DNA of 61,941 bases, the filler included, from Pirum gemmata (Eukaryota), in assembly GCA_002812295.1 (NCBI GenBank). It is 19 parts of 19 records of this genome, joined end to end, with 100 filler letters (N's around TTAATTAATTAA, not from the genome) between each part and the next. Parts side by side here need not be neighbours in the genome. Positions count along the whole stretch, not along the records: positions 1 to 3,035 come from PDIN01003536.1; positions 3,136 to 8,061 come from PDIN01003537.1; positions 8,162 to 11,234 come from PDIN01003538.1; positions 11,335 to 14,408 come from PDIN01003539.1; 15 more parts are not named here. One strand, given 5' to 3'. Shown one piece after another: positions 1 to 11,829 of this stretch. The notes below the pieces were generated by a model. The model did not search any database. It was not told the origin of the DNA and worked only from the letters and a program-made list of their open reading frames with translations. The stretch's first letter is position 1. Each line of letters starts with the position of its first letter. The translations under genes were made by a program, and so were the position numbers.

Positions 1-74
1 TTTATTTATTTATTTATTTATTTTAAATTGTACATAAAAATAATTAAATAATAACAAAAATAGAAATAGATATT

Positions 75-1544
75 TCAAAAATATTTACTTAGATTAGAAG
101 TATTTTTTTGTTTGTTTAATTCATTTTTTTCCTTTTCGATATCCGACTTCAGTATTAATTTAGTCAACTCGGCCCTACTGATATTGGATTCGAATCCAAT
201 GCCTTTAGAATAAGCGCGTTGTTTTAATTGCTCAAAATTCAAGTTATCTAAAATGCGCACACATTCAGCAACGATCGATTCCTTTGATCTGGCATTATTA
301 GTTGTATTGTTAGAAGATGTTTGCACTGAAGATAAAGTTGGAGAAGATTTCGCAGATACTAATGGTACAGAATTTGATGATGAAGGTGATGATGTAGTCA
401 CAGAATGTATGTTAGACGAGGAAGCAGACCGTATACCGTTGTTTTTTGTAGAAGGACAACTTGTTTGTACAGGTACAGTTCGAGTAAGTCCTTGAACAAT
501 AGGATTTTGATTGTTACGTAAATGATGCACAATAGCCATGGTCAACGAACTTTGTGTATTATGTGGCTGCCATAAAATACCATATCTTTCACATAGATCT
601 CTAACCACTACTATGTCCTGCGCCATCAATCTTTTAACTAGTTCAGTTTCTTTTTCTTTACTAAAACGTGCAGAATAACCAGTGTTGGAATGTTGCGCTT
701 GAATAGCAGCAGTGGGTGAATTCTCAAATCTACCAACTGTTGTTGGTGGAGCTGGTGAGCCTTCTATATTGTAGTTAATAGTTCCGTTTAAACCAGTTAC
801 TTGACCAAATTTTTTGGAAGAATTTGGGATAGATGCGCCATCACAATTTTGTTTGCGACTAATTTCTCGGGAATCTTCGTAACTTACATAATTTTTACGG
901 GATTCAAAATAGTTATTTTTATCTATAGCAGCCCCGCGGTATTCTGGTGCAGTGCGTTTGTTTTCTTGAGTGTAGCGGATTGGGTTAGATTGAGGATTGG
1001 AAGTTGCTTGACCTGTAATAATAATAATAATAGTACTAATTAATATTCGTAATACTTTTGATTTTGATTTTGATTTGTTATTTATTCTGCTAAGTTTATC
1101 GTTCATTAATGTTAATGATACCGACGGTGATAATAATGAAAATACTGATAATGATAATGATATTGATATTGATATTGATATTGATATTGATATTGATATT
1201 GATATTGATATTGATATTGATATTGATATTGATATTGATAATCATAATCATAATCATAATCATAATCATAATCATAATGATGATGATAATGATAATGATA
1301 ATGATAATGATAATGATAATGATAATGATAATGATAATGATAACAATAATGCTAATAATGAAATGGTAATTATAGTTATAATTATAATTATAATTATAAT
1401 GAAAATGATAACGATGATAATAACAATTTGTTGCGGAAAATAATAAAAATAACAATAATTACTTCTTTGGCTTTCTTTTTGTGGTTTCGGTACGTAAATA
1501 CCTTGAATTCGTACTTCACCATTGTTTTTTAATAACTGAGTCAT
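75..1544 (-). CDS. Two-exon gene, protein with two SAP/HeH (Rho-N-like) helical motifs
   Basis: Proposed exon 1 from ATG 1544 to 1463 (or 1502), intron filled with hexamer microsatellites, acceptor TTACAG at 1014-1013, exon 2 1012..75. Both candidate GT donors are phase 1 and match the acceptor. Motifs LDNLNFEQLKQRAYSKGIGFESNISRAELTKLI and VVVRDLCERYGI..SSLTMAI resemble SAP/HeH. Confidence 0.55.
1130..1425. repeat. Compound microsatellite (GATATT)n/(AATCAT)n/(GATAAT)n
   Basis: Directly visible; lies in the proposed intron. Confidence 0.9.
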
Positions 1545-2111
1545 TTTTAAGTAGTATAGTGTTATTACAATAAAGTTACTTGTATTAAATAACAATTTTT
1601 TTCTTATTGCTCTCTTAAAATAATTATATTTTTTAAAATAATTTTTTGTTTTTTGTTTTTGTTTTTTGTTATTTTTTGTAAAATTAATATTTGTTGTTTA
1701 TATATAGAATGCATAACATTTTTTTTTGTAATTTTTTTTTATGCAAAAGAAATTATTAGTTTTATTATTTACTATCATAAAAAAAACTAAAATACAACCC
1801 CACCTTTTTTTTTTTTATGTTTGAAAATTTCAAATCTATTAAATACTGATTACATTACTTATGTTCGAAAACTGAAAATTCTAGTGAAACCCAAAAGTTG
1901 TACGTTTTTAAAAAGTTTGCACCCTTTCATAATTATATTATAATATTATATCATTGTGTGATAATAGGAAGAAATTCAAGGGAAGAAAATTCAAGAAATC
2001 CTGGGAAGAAATTATAGAAGATAAAAATTACAAAACCAATCAATAATCTGAAAGTTTCGAAGGTTTACTATTTAAAAAAAACCAATCATATCTTCATATT
2101 ATTAAAATTGT

Positions 2112-2224
<113 letters not shown>

Positions 2225-2258
2225 NGGAGCCTACTATTGATAATTGATAAGATAATAA

Positions 2259-2394
2259 GGGAGCGTTCAAATAATACATCACGTCAAGGGGTAGGTAGGT
2301 AGGTGGTATTTGACCAGAAATTAACGTCGAGCGGTAGGTAGGTAGGGGTATTTGAAGCTGTATTTGACCAGAAATTGGCCAGTATTTGAGCGCT
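2259..2394 (+). mobile_element. MITE family A (PIF/Harbinger-like), 3' end degraded
   Basis: Starts TAA|GGGAGCGTTCAAATAATAC and aligns to the full copy at 38606-38750. Confidence 0.85.
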
Positions 2395-3035
2395 ATTCAT
2401 ATCATAATATCATATATCATAAGCTAGCTAGCTAGCTAGTCTACCGCAGTTTCTACCGCCTACTAGCGCTAGGTGCTGCCTGCTGCATTAGCATGCGATG
2501 CCATGCGTTGGCAGCGTCGCTACGTAACTAAGCTACTGTAGAGAATAGAGAGAATACTAGTTGATTTATCATAGTTGGTTTATCTGATAGTGGTTGGCTT
2601 TGTGTTGCATAGAAGCTGATTTAGTTATGTTATATGATAGCTATAGAACATTATAGAACTTGGTTTAGAGTTGTATTAATTGATTTATGCACATCATCAT
2701 AGTATTAAATTTTGATAAACAACCTAATTTATATATGATATCTGATATGATTTTAAAAATGCTAAAAATAACACTTTTTTTTTTTTGAATATGGTTGTTT
2801 TCTATTTATTTGTTTTATTATTTTAAAAAAATATGGTATTGTAATTATTATCATTTGGCATTATAATTATACCATTTTTAGTTGAAATTACTATTACTAT
2901 TACTATCATATTACTATTACTATTACTATTACTACGCTAGCTAGGTGACTGAACTTGCTCAAAAGTAAAAGTTAGCAGTTGTATAGTAATAGTATGATAT
3001 TAACAGTAATAGTAATAGTAATAGTAATAGTAATA

Positions 3036-3135
3036 NNNNNNNNNNNNNNNNNNNNNNNNNNNNNNNNNNNNNNNNNNNNTTAATTAATTAANNNNNNNNN
3101 NNNNNNNNNNNNNNNNNNNNNNNNNNNNNNNNNNN
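3036..3135. other. Artificial 100-bp scaffold linker (first of 18)
   Basis: N44-TTAATTAATTAA-N44 (stops in all six frames). Recurs from about 8062, 11235, 14409, 17595, 20798, 23797, 26954, 30158, 33331, 36506, 39681, 42862, 46048, 49217, 52417, 55583 and 58759. Confidence 0.97.
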
Positions 3136-3336
3136 AATATTAATATTAATAATGATAATAATAATAATAACAATAATAATAGTACTACTAATAATAGTAA
3201 TAGTAATAGCAATAGTAATAGTAACACAATTAACTTTATTAACGATATGTACAACAATAGCAATAGAATAGTATTTAATTATAATGATAAAGTCCATAAC
3301 AAAAATGAAGATGTTATATTTATCTCATCATTAGAA

Positions 3337-3382
<46 letters not shown>

Positions 3383-4482
3383 TTAATAATGATATTGGTG
3401 GTAATGATAATAATGATACCGAGCTAGGTCTTCCACTACCAATTACTCAAAAACAACAACAACTACTACAACGTATAAAACAAATTTTCCAAAACAACAA
3501 AGAAGTAATATTTGCTGTTTCGTTATATTGTCTATGCTCCTCACTAATGCTAATAACAAACAAATACATCATCACCAAGTTTTCATTTTCGTCGATCGTT
3601 ATGATTGTACAAGTAATATTCTCAATGTCATTTATTGAAGGCATACAACAAACAAAAGTAATAGATAAAATCGAAACATTAAATACAACACAACTACGTA
3701 TGTATGTACAATTTAGCATTATATTTGTATTAGGTCTATACAGTAACATTGAGGCTTTAAGGTATGTTAGTATCCAAACTATTATTGTTTTTCGTTCATG
3801 TTTACCTATTGCAGTTTCAACATTAGAATATTTATTTTTAAACCGGAAATTTCCCGAAGGAACATCATTAATCGCGTTAATAGTTTTAGTATTAGGTAGT
3901 TTAGGATTTATATATTTTGACGAAGATTTTAAATTTGAAAGTTTGTCAAATTACTTTTGGGTCTTGGTTTGGTTTTTATGTATGTGTGGTAGATTAACTT
4001 ATGGGAAAAAAATCACAAACACAATTAAATTAAGTACTTGGGGTAATGTTCAATATAGTAATTACTTGAGTATCCCTGCTTTTCTTATACTAGGAACAAT
4101 AACTGGAGAATTTTATAGATTTTACAATGATAACAATAATTATAATACTACTACTACATATACTACTAATTATAATCAAACATTAATACAACACGATCAG
4201 TTAAATGATGGTAATATAGTTACTTCCAGTTCAGGTTTGCTTTTATTTCCTTTAGTTATAAGTTGTTTTGTTGGTGTAGGTATTTCTTATTCAGTTTGGC
4301 TTTGTCGAAAATTGTTGTCTGCGACAGCTTTTACTTTGATTGGGATTATGAATAAGTTTTTCACGATTGCATTGAATGTTGTTATTTTTAGTAAAGGCAA
4401 TGATAATCCTGCTTGTTTGGTTTTAACTTGTGTGTGTTTGATTGCTTGTGCTTTTTACCGTCAGCCGCCATTAAAAAATTAA
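3136..4482 (+). CDS. Nucleotide-sugar transporter, GDP-mannose/GDP-fucose type (SLC35/GONST/VRG4-like); possibly 5'-truncated
   Basis: About 10 hydrophobic segments; YCLCSSLMLITNK, ALRYVSIQTIIVFRS and SATAFTLIGIMNK (GxL/MNK GDP-sugar motif). The frame is open back to the scaffold edge at 3136; first ATG at 3247. Confidence 0.88.
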
Positions 4483-4704
4483 TTTAGTTATAAATCATAC
4501 ATAATATTATGTTATGTTATAATATACACTGTATTAAAAACAAGAACAAGAACAAAAACTCTTAAAACAAGAACAAGAATCCCAATCGAAACGTTGGGCT
4601 CGGTCTATTTTTTTTCATATCATAGTAGAAAAAAAAATAAAAAAAGCAATCAAAAAAAATAAAAAAAGTTTTTTTATTTTTTATTTTATTTTATTCCAAA
4701 TAAA

Positions 4705-4905
4705 ACTGTAGAAACCATTTTTTTTAGACTTCTTTTCTAAAACCTTTTTAATGCTAACTAGCCAAATTATTTTTAAGAACTGGCCATTGGTTCATATAGA
4801 GTTTTCTTAGTTAAACGGTTTCTCAAATTTTGGTAGTACTTTCATTAAAATTGGGCATTTTGAGAGTTTTTGGATTTTGAGCTCATATTTTTTTATCCGG
4901 CTTGA
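4705..4905 (+). repeat. Dispersed repeat family G
   Basis: CTAGCCAAATTATTTTTAA..GCCATTGGTTCATA..TTCTCAAATTTTGGTAG..ATCCGGCTTG, also at about 37810-38010 and in part at 34580-34660; termini not resolved. Confidence 0.7.
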
Positions 4906-5304
4906 TTACCTTTTGAAGTCATAATTTTGATTTCATTTAGGGTGTTCAATACTATCATTTTCAGAAAGAGAACATTCGAATTGCAAAAAAAGTCATTGTT
5001 CGATGGATAGCTCGATTTTTTTTATTATTGTTATCAATAAAATATCATTAAATTATTATTATTATTATTATTATTATTGTTGTTATTAATAAAATGTAGT
5101 TGATTATTATTATTATTATTGATAAAATGTTATTGAATTCAATGTATTTTTCTAAATCCAGTGTCATTTTCACTCTTTTTGTAGACTTTTTTAGGCAAAA
5201 ATAAAGTTATTGACTTGCAACTTTCGCAACGTCTTTAAAATTTGGTCTTTAATTAATTAACTGACCTGTGGTTTAGTGGCAAACTAAGTATTATTTATTT
5301 AACT

Positions 5305-5397
5305 AAACCTAACCTTAACCCTAAACCTAACCCTATAACCCTAACCCTATAACCCTAACCCTATAACCCTAACCCTAACCCTAACCCTAACCCTAAC
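5305..5397. repeat. Interstitial telomere-like array (CCCTAA, CCCTATAA variants)
   Basis: Directly visible. Confidence 0.9.
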
Positions 5398-5581
5398 ATA
5401 TAGTAACAAAATATACATTAATAAGTATCAAATTAGTTGTATATCGAATTTATTTGATACATGTTAATTAATGATGCTCCCTTAACAAATATAGGAGCTT
5501 TCTTACCTTTAAAAGCTATTTTTAATTTTTTAAAATATGGTAGAATTTTTGTTAAAAATTTTACTATCAGTCAGATAGAGA

Positions 5582-6125
5582 CTAGGATTGGGGGCATTTT
5601 TTCTCACTAATATTAAGTTTTGTTTTTTGGCATTGATTTGCCAATCTGCTTTTCTATAAGTCATGTTGTTAAGCACGCAATTATTTCCTTCTTCGATGAT
5701 TTCTTTTTTTGTACATAATCTTCTGTTTTGTTTTTATACTTTTAGCTTCACGCACCAAATCAGCATTTATTTTTTGTTTTTTTTTGTTTGGTATTGTTAT
5801 TGTTTGGGTGTATTATTATTAGTATTATTATTATTTCTAAATCTTTATGATTAGTATTTAGTTGCTAGGAATGGGTGTATTTTTTTCATTGATGTTCAGT
5901 GTTGTTTTTTCGCATTGATTTGCCAATTTGCTTTTCTATTAGTCATGATGTTAAGCACGCAATTATTTCCTTCTTCGATGATTTCTTTTTTTGTACACAA
6001 TCTTCTTTGTTTCGTTTTTATACTTTTAGCTTCTGCACGCACAAAATCACCATTTAAAAGTTTGTGTCTGTTTTTTTTTTTGTTATGTTTGTTTGGTATT
6101 ATTAATGTTTGGGATTATTATTAGT
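5582..6125. repeat. Tandem duplication, unit about 280 bp
   Basis: Units begin CTAGGATTGGG (5582) and CTAGGAATGGG (5864) and share GTTAAGCACGCAATTATTTCCTTCTTCGATG. Confidence 0.85.
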
Positions 6126-6195
6126 ATTTAGTATAGCTACTGTCGCTGTTAAGTTTATATTAATATTAGTATTAGTATGTTCAGTATTTGGTATT

Positions 6196-6283
6196 GGGTT
6201 AGGGTTAGGGTTAGGGTTAGGGTTAGGGTTAGGGTTAGGGTTAGGGTTAGGGTTAGGGTTAGGGTTAGGGTTAGGGTTAGGGT
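6196..6283. repeat. Perfect (TTAGGG)n array ending at an N
   Basis: Directly visible; length probably collapsed at the N join (6284). Confidence 0.95.
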
Positions 6284-6796
6284 NAATCACAATTCAGAAA
6301 AGTTTTTTTTTTTTTTGCCAATCAAGTTTTTAATTTATAAAAGCATCAATCTTTCTTTATTTATTAGTATAAGTTATCGTAACTGGATTATCGATATGCA
6401 CAAAAACGTTTTACTGTACGCTCATGTCCTACTAGGCTCACAAAATTTTGAGCATTAATTAATTAATATTTTACAAAACAATTATTATTATTATTATTAT
6501 TATTACTATTATTATTTTATATGACCCTTTAGTTTCATAACAAAAAAATAAAATATAAAAATAAAATATATTCGAGATAATATTATAACAAACAAAAAAA
6601 TAAAACTCAACAATATATAACAAAATATCAAGCGAAAAATTAAACTTATTAATTAATTATCATATAACTATTATTATTAATTAACTATTTAAATTCCAAA
6701 TGAAATAAAAAAAAAAAATATTAATTTATTTATCATATAACTATTAGTATTAACTATTTTGATTCCAATAAATGAAATAAAAAAAAAAATTAAAAA

Positions 6797-7798
6797 ATGA
6801 GACTTTTAAGAGAAAATAAATCCAGTGTGACCACACTGCCCGCCAAACAAAGTAATTCTTTTGGTTTGAGTAGTGTCATCCGAATTGGTAGTAATAGTAG
6901 TTTAGACTTCAATAATCAGGATGATAACAATGCATACATAACGTCTATTACTGAGTCAAAACGTCATTCAAACCCACCACAACAATGGACCATAGCTCGT
7001 GCTCAAAAACTTATACACCTTGAAGAGCGTGAGCGTCAACAGCAATCAGCACATAAACTGCATTCGCAAATACAACAAGAACAACAAGAACAGATATTAC
7101 GAAAACGTAAACAACATAAAATTCTTCAAGATCAACAAAAGCAGCAACAATTATACAAACTAAAACTAAAAAAAAATATATCTTTTAAATCTACTGTTTA
7201 TATTACCTGGACATATGATCGAGTTAGTTATAATAGAAGTGGCACAGAACCAGCTTGTATGGGAAAAGAAGATAGACTTGAACTGGACGCTTTTAAAATA
7301 CAAGAAATGCCAATACATGAAGAAAGTACGAAAAGAACAAAATTGGAGAGTGAACATTCATATAAAATAGAAGCTGTTAGAAAGAAAAAGTTATTTCTAC
7401 AACGACAATATTCAATCCAACGTTCACATCAGTACAGTTATTGTAAAAAGGTGTTGTTGGGTGAAATTAAAAATGATGATTTGTTGTATGATTTAAATGA
7501 AGTAAACGATACTCTAAAGAAGCAACAATCGGATAGAAATAATCTAAAGACTTTTTTACAAAGAAAATTATCACCTAAATCAACAGAAACACGTTCTGAA
7601 AATCAGAAAAACATTGTTATACTAAATTACTTAGACAGTGAAGATTGTGATTGCGATGTTTTTCCAGATTTTAATGACAAGGAAGACATCCTATTAGGAC
7701 CTGAAATGTATACCTGCTTTGTAGAATTTAAAGACAAATATAAATCCTTATCGTATAAGGAATTTTTAAACTCTACCAAGTGTCTGACAGTTAATTAA
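6797..7798 (+). CDS. Putative PP1 regulatory subunit with a Phactr/Bni4-type PP1-binding module
   Basis: KNISF (RVxF) - VYI - YDR/YNR - ELDAFKIQEMPIHEES matches the Phactr/Bni4 pattern ELNxFKxxEMEVHExS; preceded by a Q-rich coiled coil. Confidence 0.7.
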   Translation: MRLLRENKSSVTTLPAKQSNSFGLSSVIRIGSNSSLDFNNQDDNNAYITSITESKRHSNPPQQWTIARAQKLIHLEERERQQQSAHKLHSQIQQEQQEQILRKRKQHKILQDQQKQQQLYKLKLKKNISFKSTVYITWTYDRVSYNRSGTEPACMGKEDRLELDAFKIQEMPIHEESTKRTKLESEHSYKIEAVRKKKLFLQRQYSIQRSHQYSYCKKVLLGEIKNDDLLYDLNEVNDTLKKQQSDRNNLKTFLQRKLSPKSTETRSENQKNIVILNYLDSEDCDCDVFPDFNDKEDILLGPEMYTCFVEFKDKYKSLSYKEFLNSTKCLTVN

Positions 7799-7877
7799 TT
7801 AATCAGTTATATTGGTTATAACGTTAACGTTTGTAGTATGATATTGTAAGTATTATGATAACAATATAATAATAATA

Positions 7878-7912
<35 letters not shown>

Positions 7913-9354
7913 GCTATGATAAGAATAGTTATATTGGTTAAAAACCGTTAACGTTTGTAGTATGATATTGTAAGTATTATGATAACAATATAATAATAAT
8001 ATTATAATAATAATAATGATAATAATAATAATAATAATAGCTATGATAAGAATAGCTATATNNNNNNNNNNNNNNNNNNNNNNNNNNNNNNNNNNNNNNN
8101 NNNNNTTAATTAATTAANNNNNNNNNNNNNNNNNNNNNNNNNNNNNNNNNNNNNNNNNNNNTATCCGCGTTTGCCTCATATGTTAGACCTCATGATGCTT
8201 TAATATTCTTATTTATTTTTCATCATCGATATTTTTCTTTATTACTTTTATAACTCTTTTATAGAACCGATTAAAAACGATAATTCTTTTCGTTGTTGTT
8301 CATTGACAGGCAGTGTAAAGTTACTGCTATTAACTTTCCTAGTAGTTTGGTTTTGTATCCAACTAGCAAACAAAAAAAAAACTAGAAACTTTGGCTTTTG
8401 ATTGAAAAAAGCGAATCTAATTGTAAAACAGGCTCGAATGATGGATATATTGAGCTTTTCGAATTTTTTTGTGAAAAACGTTAAATTATTTCAGAATTAT
8501 TTTATCAATTATGATATTAAAAAAAAAAAAAAAAAAAGTAACCATAACCAACTAGCCGTAACCATATGCGGATGAATTTCGGTAGAGGCAGGGTTAGGGG
8601 TTAAGGTTAAGGTTAAGGTCAGGGTTAGGGTTAGGATTAGGATTAGCCAAACGAAGATTTATTAGTGGTCTATTAGATTTTTATAAAAAATAATTGATGA
8701 ATTAAAGTAATAAGCTAGTAGGAATAAAAACCAATAAAAAAACGAGCTAAACTTTTCTCTACCCAAGGCGAGGATATATATATATATATATATATACGAC
8801 CCTGATAATACTATTGATAATAGTGTAGTTGATATTAATACAAACGATAGTAATTACGATGAGAATATATATATATAATTGTGTGTGTGTGTGTGTTCCA
8901 TATATATGTATATATAAATAAAGTTCCGAAAGACCCAAATCTGGTTCCATATATATATATACTACTACTACTAATTAATATTAAGTACATATTAAATATA
9001 TATAATGTAATATAATTATTTATTTGCTAATCTATATTAATTTAACTATTAATTAATTTATTCCAAAACTCCAAACACTGATTTTTTCAACGTTTTTGTT
9101 AAAAAGACAACTTTTTTTCAAATGTTTCTCAACAGTTCAGAATCAAGGCTATCTATCATAATCAGCAACATGAAGCTAGTTTCCCGTTTTTGCAATCAAA
9201 ATTATATGAACTTTATTTACACTTAGGGTCTTTAATTTCGTTTCCCTTCTTGTCTTTTGGGATATGATTATGTTCAGGATCATACATAAACCATAAATTT
9301 GCTGTAATACGCATAAATATAAAGATAGAGCTTTATATAATACTTGTAAAATAC

Positions 9355-9579
9355 ATTAGTTCGAAATTTTCGAAATTTTTCGATCTAATTTTAAGTATTA
9401 ACTCACTTTTGATTGAATGATAGTGCTTTTCGGTTGTTTTGTATACTACCAAATTAATACAATATAAATCCATTTAATTTAATTGGGTATATTTTATTAT
9501 CTATTTATTGATTTAAAAATGTCAATTTGTAACCATTAGAATCGAGTTGTTTGATTCGATTATGTTTTCCCGTATCTCC
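9355..9579 (+). mobile_element. MITE family D fragment interrupted by a family B fragment (9421-9528)
   Basis: TAGTTCGAAATTTTCG.. and ..GATTCGATTATGTTTTCCCGTATCTCC match 13781-14008; the middle matches family B on the minus strand. Confidence 0.75.
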
Positions 9580-10473
9580 CTTCTTTCTTTCAATGACTTT
9601 ACTTTTTTATCAGACGAAGTCGAGCCACCTTCCCTTTTTATCATAACAACTTTACCTTACGGGAAAAGGATAAAATCTTTTCTTCAAAACAAATAAACTG
9701 CTCATGCTGTCAAAAGTATACTACATCTACTATAGTTTCAACATTTGACTTAAAAATGGTTGAATAAAAAATATAATAACATAATAAATGAATGATCCAT
9801 AACCTTAACCCTAACTCTAGCCTAGTCTTTCCTGTTTACCCCTCCCACCAAGAAAGATTAAAATGCATTTGATATGACGTAACGATTGAAAAGCTTGAAA
9901 AGGGCAAATGATGACGCTTGGATGACGTTTCAAAAAAGTAATACGAATCCATCACTTGCAAAATCTTAAATTTTGGGGTGGGGTTTTTTACTTGGCCCTT
10001 TCAAAAAATATCAAGCAGTTGTTACGTCAATATTTTAAAAATGACGTAAATTTATTATTATTATAATATGCATAGTAATAGTCTAACTATCATAACTACT
10101 AGTAGCTTTTCCTAGCTAGCAGTCTAGTCTATCATATCGGGGGGGTCTATCATCGTTAGCTATCATACCACCATACAGCATACACTAGGCTACTATGATA
10201 TCTGATAGCTAGTAGACCTAGCTAGCTAGTAGCTAGAGTCTACTATGATACTCTACTGCTACTAGCTAGCTAGCAGCTAGCTAGCTAGCAGTGGAACATG
10301 CGAGGGCACGACTCGTGGGGGTTGGGAAAATCGAATTTTTTTTTTTTTTGTATTTATATCTAGTATAAATAAATGATCAAATCAAAAACGATATCTTTTA
10401 CCAAAAAACGTTATTAAATTACTTTTTTAACAAAAGTATTGAAATTAGTAGCTAAATTAAGCATTTATATTTG

Positions 10474-10546
<73 letters not shown>

Positions 10547-11829
10547 CTCGCTTTCTAAAGGGAAATAAATAAATGTGAGAGAAAAACGTGCAAACAACAG
10601 AGCGCAAACTACAAACAAAACGCCGCGCGGCGGTGAACAAAAATCTACAAAAATTACTATGGATATGGATATATAAGTGATATATAAATAATTATTTCTT
10701 TTATTGATATTGTTATTATTATTATTACAGTTATTATTACCTATTATTATTTATGTATTATTATTATCTGATATTATTTATTTATTTAGACTATTTATTA
10801 TTATGTATTTATTATTATTTATTTATTTAGACTATTTATTATCATTTATTTATTATTTTTTATTAATATTATTAACATTAATAGTATTTTATTATTAATT
10901 AATTAATTATTATTATTATTATTATCATTATTATTATTATTATTATTATCACTATTGTTGTTATTATTATTATTATATAGTAAGCATTGACCATGACGTT
11001 CAGAAAAATATTTGGTGTTTCCACTTCGATTCTGCGTGAGTTATTGTTTTTACTATGGTGTTTGTGTTTGTGTTTGTGTTTTGTGTTTGTGTTTTGTGTT
11101 TGTGTTTTGTGTTTGTGTTTATGTCTGTATTTGTGTTTGTGTTTGTGTTTGTGTTTGTTTGTTTTGTTTGTTTGTGTTTGTGTGTGTGTGCTTGTGCTTA
11201 TTCTTGTGCTTGTGCTTGTGCTTGTGCTTGTGCTNNNNNNNNNNNNNNNNNNNNNNNNNNNNNNNNNNNNNNNNNNNNTTAATTAATTAANNNNNNNNNN
11301 NNNNNNNNNNNNNNNNNNNNNNNNNNNNNNNNNNCAAACAACAAACAACAAACAACAAACAACAAACAACACAAACAACACAAACAACAAACAACACAAA
11401 CAACAAACAACACAAACAACACAAACAACAAACAACACAAACAACAACAAACAACAAACAACAAACAACAAACAAAACAAACAACAAACAAAACAAACAA
11501 CAAACAATACAAACAACAAACAGCACAAACAACAAACAACACAAACAACAAACAACACAAACAACAAACAACACAAATAATAAACAACACAAACAACACA
11601 AATAACAACAACAAACAACAAACAAACAACAATCATAAAATCATAAAATCGTAACCAAACTAATAAAATAATATTGCTGTTGTTAGTTTAGAGAGCATAC
11701 AACAAAAATTGTTAACAATTATTCCGGATTAAGAATCCTTCCAAAAATACTCTTATTAGTTATGTCCATGTTGTATTTGTTTTACATATTGTTTTATACT
11801 ATACATTAATAATACCAAAAAACGATCAC

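Noticed and set aside
1013..1106. Signal peptide or transmembrane segment at the start of ORF 75..1106
   Set aside because: The Ile run comes from an (ATT)n tract just before a TTACAG acceptor and is most likely intronic.
5262..5290. tRNA-like A box TGGTTTAGTGG
   Set aside because: No B box or cloverleaf follows; no tRNA or rRNA genes were recognised in the window.
6196..6283. True chromosome end
   Set aside because: Sequence continues after a single N and many similar arrays are clearly internal, intronic or inside MITEs. It cannot be excluded, but is unsupported.
10618..10650. CGCCGCGCGGCG hairpin as a Helitron 3' end
   Set aside because: No CTRR terminus at the expected distance and no second copy.
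10987..11636. Cys/Val/Leu-rich ORFs here and similar ORFs at 1075-1455, 6102-6458, 14720-15251, 17070-17589, 19172-19454, 24244-24496, 41005-41444 and 46100-46421
   Set aside because: Translations of microsatellites, telomeric arrays or N runs.
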